From positions 2,174-66,173 of the forward strand of contig JAFQBM010000035.1 in assembly GCA_017399685.1 (NCBI GenBank): a stretch of 64,000 nucleotides of DNA, given 5' to 3'. The translations under genes were made by a program, and so were the position numbers. The DNA comes from Lachnospiraceae bacterium (GTDB lineage Bacteria > Bacillota > Clostridia > Lachnospirales > Lachnospiraceae). Shown piece by piece: positions 40,092 to 48,830 of the stretch (positions within the stretch are counted from its first letter, which is position 1; each line of letters begins with the position of its first letter). The notes under the pieces were generated by a model that ran no database searches, had not been told where the DNA came from, and saw only the letters and a program-made list of their open reading frames with translations.

Positions 40092-40271
40092 ATGGAAAAT
40101 AAGAACTTTATGACAGTGGATGAAGTGGCACAGGAATTGAATGTTTCAAAATCATATGCCTATAAGGTAGTCAGAGAGTTAAATGCAGAAATGCAGCAGT
40201 TAGGCTATCTGACAGTGACCGGAAGAGTAAACACGAACTTCTTCCGTAAGAAATTATGTTACAGCGAATAA
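40092..40271 (+). CDS. xis: excisionase-family HTH DNA-binding protein (59 aa, below the ORF-track cutoff)
   Basis: My own translation is MENKNFMTVDEVAQELNVSKSYAYKVVRELNAEMQQLGYLTVTGRVNTNFFRKKLCYSE. The MTVDEVA...S..Y pattern is typical of MerR-like excisionase HTH proteins. The RBS AAGGAGAAAAAG lies upstream. Confidence 0.6.
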   Translation: MENKNFMTVDEVAQELNVSKSYAYKVVRELNAEMQQLGYLTVTGRVNTNFFRKKLCYSE

Positions 40272-40301
40272 AAGAGATACAGAGGGAAAGGAGCTGATGT
40301 T

Positions 40302-41378
40302 ATGGCTGTATATAAAGACGGAGACAAATGGCGTGTCATTTACCGCTACACCAACTACAAAGGGGAGCGGAAGCAGACACAGAAACGAGGTTTTACGACT
40401 AAGCGAGAAGCGGTTGCATGGGAGCGGGAGGTCATGTTAAAGAGTGGATCAAAGCTGGATATGACCTTTGCCAGCTTCTTTGAAATCTATGAGGAAGATA
40501 AGAAAAAACGAGTAAAGGAAAATACATGGGAGTCTAAAAGTCATGTAATCCGTACCAAGATACTTCCTTATTTCGGAGAGCGCAAGATTGCGGAGATTGA
40601 GCCGAAGGATGTGATTGCGTGGCAGAATGAACTTCTTGCCTACAAGGGAGAGAATGGGGAAGTTTATTCCCCGACCTACTTGAAAACGATACACAGTCAG
40701 CTAAGTGCTATTTTCAATCACGCAGTCAGGTATTACCATTTGCCGAGCAATCCGGCACAGAAAGCCGGTTCCATGGGAAGTGAGGAACACAAGGAAATGC
40801 TGTTCTGGACAAAGGAAGAATATCTGAAATTTGCAGATGTGATGATGGATAAGCCTGTTTCTTATTATGCGTTTGAAATGCTTTACTGGTGCGGCATTCG
40901 TATGGGAGAGCTGCTTGCATTGACACCAAAGGATTTGGATTTTGAAAAGCAGACACTTACCATTAACAAATCATATCAGAGATTAAAGGGAAAGGATGTG
41001 ATTACTTCCCCGAAAACACCAAAAAGTAACAGAACCATTAAGATGCCCAAATTTCTATGTGAGGAAATGCAGGAGTATATTGGTATGTTGTATGAGATTG
41101 GAGAAGATGAAAGGTTGTTTCAGATTACCAAGTCTTATCTGCACCACGAGATGGACAGGGGAGCAAAAGCAGCCGGAGTAAAGCGTATTCGTGTTCATGA
41201 TTTAAGGCATAGTGCAATCTCGCTTTTAATAGAAATGGGATTTTCGGCTTTGGCGATTGCAGAAAGAGTTGGGCATGAAAGTATTGATATTACTTATCGG
41301 TATGCACATTTATATCCGACCAAGCAGACAGAAATGGCAAATAAATTGGATGTGGAAAGAATGAGAAAGGAGATGTGA
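40302..41378 (+). CDS. int: tyrosine site-specific integrase
   Basis: N-terminal arm-binding-like domain (KDGDKWRVIYRY). The catalytic residues are visible: GIRMGELLAL, VHDLRHSAIS, and GHESIDITYRYAHL. Confidence 0.9.
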   Translation: MAVYKDGDKWRVIYRYTNYKGERKQTQKRGFTTKREAVAWEREVMLKSGSKLDMTFASFFEIYEEDKKKRVKENTWESKSHVIRTKILPYFGERKIAEIEPKDVIAWQNELLAYKGENGEVYSPTYLKTIHSQLSAIFNHAVRYYHLPSNPAQKAGSMGSEEHKEMLFWTKEEYLKFADVMMDKPVSYYAFEMLYWCGIRMGELLALTPKDLDFEKQTLTINKSYQRLKGKDVITSPKTPKSNRTIKMPKFLCEEMQEYIGMLYEIGEDERLFQITKSYLHHEMDRGAKAAGVKRIRVHDLRHSAISLLIEMGFSALAIAERVGHESIDITYRYAHLYPTKQTEMANKLDVERMRKEM

Positions 41379-41381
41379 TGG

Positions 41382-41702
41382 ATGGATAAGAATTTAGACT
41401 GTAAAGGACGTTGGAGAAATAAGACGGTAGCGTTTCGTGTATCAGAGGAAGAAGGAAAGCTGATTGATAATTGCGTAGCGTTATCCGGTCTTACGAAACA
41501 GGATTATATCGTCAGACGGTTGCAATGCCGGGATGTGGTGGTGCAGGGGAATCCAAGAGTTTACAAAGCACTTCGCAATCAGATGGCTGATATTTATGAG
41601 GAATTGAAACGGTTGGAGAAATGCAGTGCAGAAAATGAAGAACTGCTCTACACAATACAACTGATTACAGAAATAATGAATGGACTAAAGGAGAAAGATT
41701 GA
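41382..41702 (+). CDS. ribbon-helix-helix protein (MobC-like)
   Basis: KTVAFRVSEEEGKLIDNCVALSGLTKQDYIVRRL resembles RHH relaxosome accessory proteins. The family assignment is tentative. Confidence 0.4.
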   Translation: MDKNLDCKGRWRNKTVAFRVSEEEGKLIDNCVALSGLTKQDYIVRRLQCRDVVVQGNPRVYKALRNQMADIYEELKRLEKCSAENEELLYTIQLITEIMNGLKEKD

Positions 41703-42856
41703 TGGCAGAAAATAAAAAAGCGACTGCTCCGGTTTCATCAGTTGGCGCAGATGGGAAGCAGTCGTTATGTAATAAACACAAGGAAATTATAGCAGATTTG
41801 CCCTCGCAGGGCAATCTGCAAGCCACAAATAATCGTGGTTTTTGTGCAGAAATTCAGACAGATAAACAGGATAGGATGGATAGATTGAAAACAGTTTCCA
41901 TGACAGAACTTTATGATACCGTTTATCCGCCAAAAATCCCAATTGTAGATGGTCTGATATACGCAGGTACTTATCTTTTTGTAGGTGCGCCTAAAGTAGG
42001 AAAGTCTTTCTTTATGGCACAGCTTGGCTATCATGTGAGCATGGGGCTGGATTTGTGGGATTATCCGGTGCGAAAGGGTACAGTGTTGTATCTGGCACTG
42101 GAGGATGATTATGCAAGATTACAGAAACGATTATCAAAAATGTTTGGCATGGAAAGCAGTGAAAACTTTCATTTTGCCACACAGTCCAAAAACTTGAATG
42201 AGGGATTGGAAGAACAGCTAAACCAGTTTGTCAAAGAGCATACAGACGCAAGGCTGATTATCATTGATACGTTGCAGAAAGTAAGGGAAGTTAGCGGAGA
42301 TAAATTCAGTTATGCAAGTGACTACGAGATTGTGACAAAGCTGAAAGAATTTAGTGATGTTCATGGTATTTGTCTTTTGGTAGTACACCATACAAGAAAG
42401 ATGGAGTCCTCAGACAGTTTTGATATGATTTCCGGTACAAACGGATTGTTAGGAGCAGCAGACGGAGCCTTTGTTATGCAGAAAGAAAAGAGAACGGACA
42501 ACAAGGCAGTTTTAGAGGTTGCAGGACGTGACCAGCAAGACCAAAGGCTATTGCTCAATTTTGACAGAGAGCAATGTGTTTGGAAGCTGACTAAAGCAGA
42601 AACGGAACTTTGGAAAGAACCGGCTGATCCGGTGCTGGAAGCTGTTGCAAAGGTGGTATCAGAAGAACAGCCACAGTGGAGTGGAACCGCTTCGGAATTG
42701 TTACAGCTTTTGCCGGAGATGGATATACAGCCAAATGTGTTGACAAGGAAACTGAACATAGGAGCAGAGAAACTGTTTATAGATTATGGTATTTGTTATG
42801 AAAGCAGCAGAGGTCATAGTGGGCGCATGGTAAAACTGGAGCTTGTGAAAGCGTAA
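41699..42856 (+). CDS. RepA-like P-loop ATPase (AAA_25-type)
   Basis: Walker A GAPKVGKS, Walker B LIIIDTL and LVVHHTRK. This resembles RecA-fold replicative/primase-associated ATPases of integrative elements. Confidence 0.65.
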   Translation: MMAENKKATAPVSSVGADGKQSLCNKHKEIIADLPSQGNLQATNNRGFCAEIQTDKQDRMDRLKTVSMTELYDTVYPPKIPIVDGLIYAGTYLFVGAPKVGKSFFMAQLGYHVSMGLDLWDYPVRKGTVLYLALEDDYARLQKRLSKMFGMESSENFHFATQSKNLNEGLEEQLNQFVKEHTDARLIIIDTLQKVREVSGDKFSYASDYEIVTKLKEFSDVHGICLLVVHHTRKMESSDSFDMISGTNGLLGAADGAFVMQKEKRTDNKAVLEVAGRDQQDQRLLLNFDREQCVWKLTKAETELWKEPADPVLEAVAKVVSEEQPQWSGTASELLQLLPEMDIQPNVLTRKLNIGAEKLFIDYGICYESSRGHSGRMVKLELVKA

Positions 42857-42858
42857 GC

Positions 42859-42941
42859 GTGACGATATGTGACGGTTGTGACGGTATTTTATATAACGGT
42901 GTCGGTATAGAAAATATCGTCACTATCGTCACGACCGTCAC
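42859..42941. repeat. Iteron-like array: 3 x GTGACG, an AT-rich centre, then 3 x CGTCAC
   Basis: GTGACG occurs at 42859, 42869 and 42878. CGTCAC occurs at 42918, 42927 and 42936. The array lies in the gap after the RepA-like gene. Confidence 0.7.
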
Positions 42942-42946
42942 GTGGA

Positions 42947-43201
42947 TTGATGGAAAGGATTGATAAAATGAAAAATATACAGATTTCAGAGCGGTTATTT
43001 TTTGCACTTTTGAAATATCATTTGTTGGAAGCAGACGAAGTGTTGCCAGAGATAAAGAAAGGTTTGGAAGAAAAACTGGAAGCAATGGTAAGACGGGAAC
43101 TTTATACAAAATATAAGACTGCACCAACAGAAGAAGAACGTGAAAAAGCAAGGCAGGAGTATTTGGAAAAGGTGGGAATGCATCGGGACTTTCGATGGTA
43201 A
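42947..43201 (+). CDS. hypothetical protein
   Basis: 84-aa charged helical ORF. The start is uncertain (42950 or 42968 are possible). Confidence 0.4.
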   Translation: MMERIDKMKNIQISERLFFALLKYHLLEADEVLPEIKKGLEEKLEAMVRRELYTKYKTAPTEEEREKARQEYLEKVGMHRDFRW

Positions 43202-43349
43202 ATTTTTTCTTCGTTGTGTATAACGAGAGCGTGGCACGCTCTTGTAAATATGGTTAAGGAGAAATGCGGTGCGATGATACAGTGTACGATTACAGATATT
43301 TAAGCAAAGTGTTTTGTTATTTTGAAAAACGAGAAAGAAGGTGCGTTTT

Positions 43350-43571
43350 ATGACAGAAGGAAGATTAGGATACAATCCGGCAAATGACAGATATGGATTG
43401 TTGGTATCGGATTTATGGGTGGATAACGGATTTCATTGTGGTGAATGTTTAGAAGTTTTTGTAGATGGAAAGTGGATAAGTACCAGAATGGAAATGTCAG
43501 CAGAAAGAAAATGGTATCTGGTGGACACACCTTACTATGGAAATCTGGAATACGTGAAAGCTCGTATTTGA
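43350..43571 (+). CDS. DUF5348-like small protein
   Basis: MTEGRLGYNPANDRYGL...FHCGECLEVFVDGKW resembles the DUF5348 family seen on clostridial mobile elements. This is from memory. Confidence 0.45.
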   Translation: MTEGRLGYNPANDRYGLLVSDLWVDNGFHCGECLEVFVDGKWISTRMEMSAERKWYLVDTPYYGNLEYVKARI

Positions 43572-43802
43572 ATTAAAGTGATGGCTTGTTGCTTTAAGGC
43601 AGAATGATAAAGAACGCATAGGTAAATGCGGTAGCAAGCCCCCGGCAGGGCGCAAAACCTGACTTGTCAGGTTGCATTTTTGATACCGCAGGTGTCAAAA
43701 GTGCTTTTGCGTTACTTTCGGCGAAAGTAACAAAGCCTGTGTGCCTGTCGGCACAAAATAGGACGGATAAAAAAGAGAAAACGAAAGAGAGGTGTCAGCC
43801 TA

Positions 43803-44432
43803 TTGGAGAGAACGATTAGCGGCATGATGGGGAAGGCCAATAGTGAAGCAAGGTGGAGTAATGCACGATTAACAGAGGAAAATAAGCTGTTACAAACCGA
43901 AATAAATGATTTAGCCGGGGAAAAGGCAAAACTGCAATCCGACAATAGGGAGTTGGAGGAGCAACAGCAGAAGCTTCAGGCAGAAATAGAAGCTATGGCA
44001 GGCTCTAAAGTGAAATTGGAACGAAATGTAAGAGCTTATGATGAGGAAGAACAATGGAGGTTGCCGGAACCGGGAGCATTTACAAGCGCAAAGTCTTATC
44101 GGGAAAATAGTGCAAAGCCACTGGTAACAAGGCTGAAAGAACTTGTAAAGAGCCTGACAATTAAATGTGTTAATCTTATGGAACAGGTGAAAAGGTTGAA
44201 AGAGCAGGTAACACAGCAGACTTCGGATATTGAGTGGTACAAAGGAAAACTAAGAGAACAGGCTGGTGTTGTGGAACAGTTGCAGGAAAAAGTAGCCGAT
44301 TTGGAGCGTGTAAAGCGTTATGCCGGGGCTGAAAAGGTGCAGAGTATGATTGACAGCGTGAAAGAGGTTGAAAGGCTGGAAAACGAGCAGAAACGGTTAC
44401 AAAGAAACTATAACAGAGGAATGAGCAGATAG
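43803..44432 (+). CDS. hypothetical coiled-coil protein
   Basis: 209-aa Q/E/K-rich coiled coil with a TTG start. No relaxase motifs are present. Confidence 0.45.
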   Translation: MERTISGMMGKANSEARWSNARLTEENKLLQTEINDLAGEKAKLQSDNRELEEQQQKLQAEIEAMAGSKVKLERNVRAYDEEEQWRLPEPGAFTSAKSYRENSAKPLVTRLKELVKSLTIKCVNLMEQVKRLKEQVTQQTSDIEWYKGKLREQAGVVEQLQEKVADLERVKRYAGAEKVQSMIDSVKEVERLENEQKRLQRNYNRGMSR

Positions 44433-44445
44433 GAGATGGATTGAT

Positions 44446-44844
44446 ATGATGGATAATGAAAAGGTGTTGGAGAAACATATCATTGGAGAAAATGGAATAA
44501 GCTACACACTTGGAGAGGATGGTTTATACTATCCGGATTTGAAATTGCTGGAGGGAACACATTATGAGATAGGAAAGTATGGATTAATGCGGTGGGAGTA
44601 TTTGAAAAACTACCGCAGAGGGGAGTATATTAAGTTGCTGATGGAAGGAAAACTAAATGAACATCTGCATGAGGTTGATGAAGAATGTCATGAGAGAGTG
44701 GAGCTTATTATGGAGCAGATGAAAGTCGGGGCAGGTATTACGGAAGAATTAAAAGCTACTGACCAGATGAAGTGGGTAGGGCTTATGAATAACGTGAAAA
44801 GTGCTGCGGAGGAGATTGTGTTGAGAGAAATAGTGTACATTTGA
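44446..44844 (+). CDS. TnpV-like transposon-associated protein
   Basis: GENGISYTLGEDGLYYPDL ... GKYG..R..YLK pattern resembles TnpV of clostridial mobilisable transposons. This is from memory. Confidence 0.55.
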   Translation: MMDNEKVLEKHIIGENGISYTLGEDGLYYPDLKLLEGTHYEIGKYGLMRWEYLKNYRRGEYIKLLMEGKLNEHLHEVDEECHERVELIMEQMKVGAGITEELKATDQMKWVGLMNNVKSAAEEIVLREIVYI

Positions 44845-44862
44845 TTATATATACTTAAAATA

Positions 44863-44896
44863 GCGGGCAGTTCGTTGCGAACTGCTCTGTTTTATT
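44863..44896 (+). terminator. Rho-independent terminator at the backbone/cargo boundary
   Basis: GCAGTTCG-TTG-CGAACTGC followed by TCTGTTTTATTT. Confidence 0.65.
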
Positions 44897-45040
44897 TGCG
44901 AAATGATGTGAAAACAAAAGAAAATAAAACTTCTGATAATAAATTATGAGAACTCATAATTAGTTCTGGAAAAACATATTGCATAATATAAGGAATTGTG
45001 ATATGATAACAGAAAGTATGTTCGAAAGATGGAGGCATAT

Positions 45041-45250
45041 ATGAAAATAAGTTATAAGAAGTTATGGAAATTGTTGATAGACAAAGACATGATGAAAAAA
45101 GATTTGGCGGAATCTGCTCAAATAAGTACAGCTTCAATAGCAAAATTAGGAAGAAATGAAAATGTTAATACAGACATTTTGCTTAGAATATGTCAGGCAT
45201 TGGAATGTGATATATCAGACATTATGGAAGTAGTTGAAGATACTGAATAG
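45041..45250 (+). CDS. XRE-family HTH protein (possible R-M controller)
   Basis: KDLAESAQISTASIAKLGRNENV is a Cro/C1-type HTH. The gene lies first in the Vsr-MTase-REase cluster. Confidence 0.65.
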   Translation: MKISYKKLWKLLIDKDMMKKDLAESAQISTASIAKLGRNENVNTDILLRICQALECDISDIMEVVEDTE

Positions 45251-45265
45251 TTTGGAGTGTTTGTT

Positions 45266-45718
45266 ATGGACAGGTTGACAAAAGAACAACGCCATAAAAA
45301 TATGAGTAACATAAAAAATAAGGATACAGGTATTGAAGTAAAGCTGAGAAAAGCACTTTGGGAAAAAGGTTACCGGTATCGTAAAAATTTTAATGCATTA
45401 CCTGGAAAACCGGATATCGTATTAACAAAATATAAAATAGCAATTTTTTGTGATAGTGAGTTTTTTCATGGAAAAGATTGGGATGATTTGAAGGCACAAC
45501 TTGAACGTGGTAAAAATGCAGATTTTTGGATTAAGAAAATATCAAGAAACCGAGAAAGAGATGAAGAAATAAATAAGCAATTAATGTTTATGGGATGGAC
45601 AGTCATAAGGTTTTGGGGAAAAGATATAAAGAAAGATGTTGAAGAATGTGTCAAAGTTGTGGAAGAAACCATATTTGAATTGACTATAGCTATCAATGAA
45701 GAAGATATTTTAGACTAA
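45266..45718 (+). CDS. vsr: very-short-patch repair endonuclease
   Basis: The Vsr motifs are visible: LPGKPDIVL, IFCDSEFFHG, and the GW.VIRFW C-terminal region. Confidence 0.85.
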   Translation: MDRLTKEQRHKNMSNIKNKDTGIEVKLRKALWEKGYRYRKNFNALPGKPDIVLTKYKIAIFCDSEFFHGKDWDDLKAQLERGKNADFWIKKISRNRERDEEINKQLMFMGWTVIRFWGKDIKKDVEECVKVVEETIFELTIAINEEDILD

Positions 45719-45734
45719 AGGAGACGAACTGACA

Positions 45735-46739
45735 ATGTATACATCAATAGATTTGTTTGCCGGAATAGGTGGAATTAGAAAAGGGTTTGAAAATGCTTTT
45801 GGAAAAGATATTTCAACGGTGTTTGTGAGCGAGTGGGACGAACACGCACAAAAAACATATAGAGCCAATTATGTAGATAATTTTGAAATAGCAGGGGACA
45901 TAACTAAGATTGACGAAAAAGAAATCCCTGCATTTGATATTTGTTTAGCAGGATTTCCATGTCAGGCTTTTTCAATGGCAGGTAAAAGAATGGGATTTGA
46001 TGATGATTATAAAGGGATGTGTAGAGGTACATTATTTCAAGATGTAGTACGAGTTTGCGAATATCATAAACCAAGCGTTATTTTTTGTGAAAATGTAAAA
46101 GGATTGACAATCCATGATAGAGGAAGAACCTTTAAAGTTATTAAACGTGCATTTGAGCAGATAGGCTATACCGTTTATGATAAAGTTTTAAATAGTAAGG
46201 ATTTTGGTGTGCCACAGAATAGAGAACGTATTTATATTGTTGCTTTTCGCAATGATATAGACAGTACAAGTTTTAAGTTTCCGGTAGGAAACAATTCAGA
46301 TACAAAGATTAAAGATATAATGGAAGAAAATGTTGTAAGTGTAAAGTACTATCTTTCAACAACTTATTTAGAAACTCTGGAGCGACACAAGGAAAGGCAC
46401 AAAGCCAGAGGAAATGGTTTTGGCTATGAAATACGCGATATAAATGGTCAAGCGGGAGCTATTGTATGTGGAGGAATGGGGAGAGAAAGAAATCTGATTG
46501 TGGATAAGCGATTGAAGAATTTCACCCCTGTTACGCATATAAAAGGTGAGGTTAACAGGTTGGGAATAAGGAAAATGACACCAAGAGAGTGGGCGAGATT
46601 GCAGGGATTTCCGGATAGCTTTAAATTGGAACTTGCAGATACGCATTTATATAAACAGTTTGGTAACAGTGTAACGGTTAATGTTATTGAAGCAATTGCA
46701 AAAGAGATAAGGAGGATACTTGAAAATGGCAAAAAATGA
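45735..46739 (+). CDS. dcm: DNA (cytosine-5)-methyltransferase
   Basis: Motif I DLFAGIGG, motif IV GFPCQAFS, motif VI ENVKGL, motif VIII QNRERIY and motif X GNSVTV. Confidence 0.9.
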   Translation: MYTSIDLFAGIGGIRKGFENAFGKDISTVFVSEWDEHAQKTYRANYVDNFEIAGDITKIDEKEIPAFDICLAGFPCQAFSMAGKRMGFDDDYKGMCRGTLFQDVVRVCEYHKPSVIFCENVKGLTIHDRGRTFKVIKRAFEQIGYTVYDKVLNSKDFGVPQNRERIYIVAFRNDIDSTSFKFPVGNNSDTKIKDIMEENVVSVKYYLSTTYLETLERHKERHKARGNGFGYEIRDINGQAGAIVCGGMGRERNLIVDKRLKNFTPVTHIKGEVNRLGIRKMTPREWARLQGFPDSFKLELADTHLYKQFGNSVTVNVIEAIAKEIRRILENGKK

Positions 46740-47808
46740 TGGAAGAATGTCAGGAAATAAAGGCGAATGGTCGGAATTATATGCATTTATGAAATTATTA
46801 AGTCAGGGAAGGGTATATGCAGCAACTGAGAAGGTAGAAAAAATAGATGATGTTTTTTATCCGATTCTTAAGATTATGCGTGAAGAACAAAAAGGACAGA
46901 TTATTGATTATGTAATTACTGAAGATAATATTGATATCGAAATCGAGTCAAGAACGATTATGTCTGTTTCAAGAAAAGAATTCGATGATAATGCAAATTT
47001 TTTGTTACAGGAAATTGCTACTCATAGTGGAAGTTTTGAATTGGAAGAAGTTGCCAAATTTGCAAATGGAATTAAGGTAACAAAGATAAAAGCACCGTCT
47101 TCTGATACAACGGATATTTCTATGCAGATACAGGATATACATACAAATTATATTCGTAATGTTGGTTTTTCAATAAAATCAGAAGTGGGTAATGCTCCTA
47201 CTTTACTCAATGCAGGGCAGACTACGAATTTTATCTATAAGGTTACCGGAATTACAGCGGAACAGGCACAGGAAATTAATGCAATAGATACCTCAACTAA
47301 GATTAAAGACAGAATAAAAGCAATCAAAGAACTGGGCGGTACTATTAGTTATGTTGATATGAATCATCAGGGATTTAAACGTAACCTGATAATGGTGGAT
47401 AGCAGTATGCCGCAAATTATTGGCAATATGCTTTTGTATTATTTTGAAGAAGATATTAAAGAATGTGATAAATTAGTTGAGCTTGCAGGACAGAGAGATC
47501 CGCTTGGATATGGGGACGCTATGATGTATGAATATAAATTTAAAAAGTTCCTTTGTTCATGCGCATTGGGAATGAAGCCTGCAAAGAAATGGGATGGTTT
47601 GGATGAAGCCAATGGCGGTTATATAATTGTAAAAGCTGATGGTGAGATACTGGCATATCATATTTATAACAGAAATTTCTTTGAACAGTATTTGTTGGAT
47701 AATACTATTTTGGAAAGGGCTTCTACAAGCAGACATGAGTATATGCGTTTATATGAGGAAGAGGGAGAAATGTTTATTAAATTTAATTTGCAGGTAAGGT
47801 TTAGATAA
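46720..47808 (+). CDS. type II restriction endonuclease, HpaII-like
   Basis: The N-terminal NKGEWSELYAFMKLL motif recalls the HpaII REase family (from memory). It overlaps the methyltransferase stop. TTG start with AAGGAGG upstream. Confidence 0.55.
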   Translation: MKMAKNDGRMSGNKGEWSELYAFMKLLSQGRVYAATEKVEKIDDVFYPILKIMREEQKGQIIDYVITEDNIDIEIESRTIMSVSRKEFDDNANFLLQEIATHSGSFELEEVAKFANGIKVTKIKAPSSDTTDISMQIQDIHTNYIRNVGFSIKSEVGNAPTLLNAGQTTNFIYKVTGITAEQAQEINAIDTSTKIKDRIKAIKELGGTISYVDMNHQGFKRNLIMVDSSMPQIIGNMLLYYFEEDIKECDKLVELAGQRDPLGYGDAMMYEYKFKKFLCSCALGMKPAKKWDGLDEANGGYIIVKADGEILAYHIYNRNFFEQYLLDNTILERASTSRHEYMRLYEEEGEMFIKFNLQVRFR

Positions 47809-47855
47809 AAGAAAGTAAAGATAAATGGCTAATTTAGAACATTGATGGAAAAAAT

Positions 47856-48830
47856 GTGTTAGAGGTGATGAACGTGTCTATAGCTGAAGAATATAGGAAA
47901 ATATACAATGTGTATGTATGCAAGGAATTGGAACAAGAAATTGCAATATACGAGGCGGAAAAAGGGATAAATAATTATCAACCATTAAGTCATAATTGCG
48001 CACAAAAATGTGCTGGTAACTGTAATCATCAATGCCATAAAAGTCTTGGAAAATTAATGAGAAAAAATATTGTATTTTATTGTTATGGCGAAGACGAGAT
48101 AGTAACCAATTTTCAAAATGGACTTTTTTCTGATTTGGAAAAAGCTACGAAAGCAGCCTATAGATTGCGTTTACCCAAACGCCAACCAAACATGGATGGA
48201 TTACCAAGTGAGGTTTTATTGGATGCAATTATTCAATCATTATTTCCTGATGCATATAAAATGGCTGTTAGGACAATATTTAGGCAAAATGATAACAATG
48301 AAATAAAGGGCTATGATTTAACTTATTTTACTAATATGCATGGAACAATTACATTATGGCTGGGACAAGCTAAATTGGGGAGTAAACAATATTGTAAAAA
48401 TGGTATTTTAGAAGATTTAGAAAAAAAGTATACAGATTTGTATATGGCTAATCAAATTTATTTTATGGCAGATAAACCTACTGGACTTACAGAAGAAGGA
48501 AAACAAATTGCAAATTTATTGAATAGGTTAAATATGTTGAATGCATATGAAGATGATGATAATCGAGCTGAGCAACTCATGCAATTTTTAAAGACACAAA
48601 ATATAGATATATGTATACCATGTCTTTTGGCATATAACAAGGCAGATGTGTATGCGGATGTTAGAAAACTTGAAAATAAAATGAAATCTGAGATGGCATG
48701 GGCAAAAGGAATTTTTGAAAAATATTTTAAATTTGCAGGAATTGAGCCAAAATTGATTTTTATAATATTTCCAATAGATGATATTGAAGCCTTACGAGGA
48801 GATGAAGGATTTTATGAAGGATTATGTTAA
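47856..48830 (+). CDS. DUF1837-like (HamA-like) putative PD-(D/E)xK effector
   Basis: The pattern GLPSEVLLDAII ... KGYDLTYF ... LWLGQAKLG fits the E...D...(E/Q)xK layout. It overlaps the downstream SF2 helicase gene. The start is uncertain. Confidence 0.5.
   Translation: MLEVMNVSIAEEYRKIYNVYVCKELEQEIAIYEAEKGINNYQPLSHNCAQKCAGNCNHQCHKSLGKLMRKNIVFYCYGEDEIVTNFQNGLFSDLEKATKAAYRLRLPKRQPNMDGLPSEVLLDAIIQSLFPDAYKMAVRTIFRQNDNNEIKGYDLTYFTNMHGTITLWLGQAKLGSKQYCKNGILEDLEKKYTDLYMANQIYFMADKPTGLTEEGKQIANLLNRLNMLNAYEDDDNRAEQLMQFLKTQNIDICIPCLLAYNKADVYADVRKLENKMKSEMAWAKGIFEKYFKFAGIEPKLIFIIFPIDDIEALRGDEGFYEGLC

Noticed and set aside
42859-42941. Possible CRISPR-like array, because of the repeated GTGACG units.
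   Set aside because: The repeats are only 6 nt with 3-4 nt spacers, arranged as mirrored triplets. This is iteron/operator architecture, not a CRISPR array. No CRISPR array or cas gene was seen anywhere in the window.
42361-43375. Long minus-strand ORFs in the ORF track (42361-42759, 42777-43151, 42995-43375), and similar antisense ORFs elsewhere (for example 1869-2204, 17360-17806, 24103-24420, 44892-45143, 46448-46786 and 58994-59284).
   Set aside because: They lie antisense to ORFs with clear family motifs or cross intergenic repeat arrays. They have odd composition (Cys/Phe/Leu-rich), lack RBSs and have no recognisable motifs. I treat them as shadow ORFs.
43803-44432. Possible Mob/Pre-type relaxase next to the oriT-like repeats.
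   Set aside because: Only a coiled-coil region is present. There is no N-terminal HUH/HxDE relaxase motif, and the upstream gap (230 nt) is too small to hold one.
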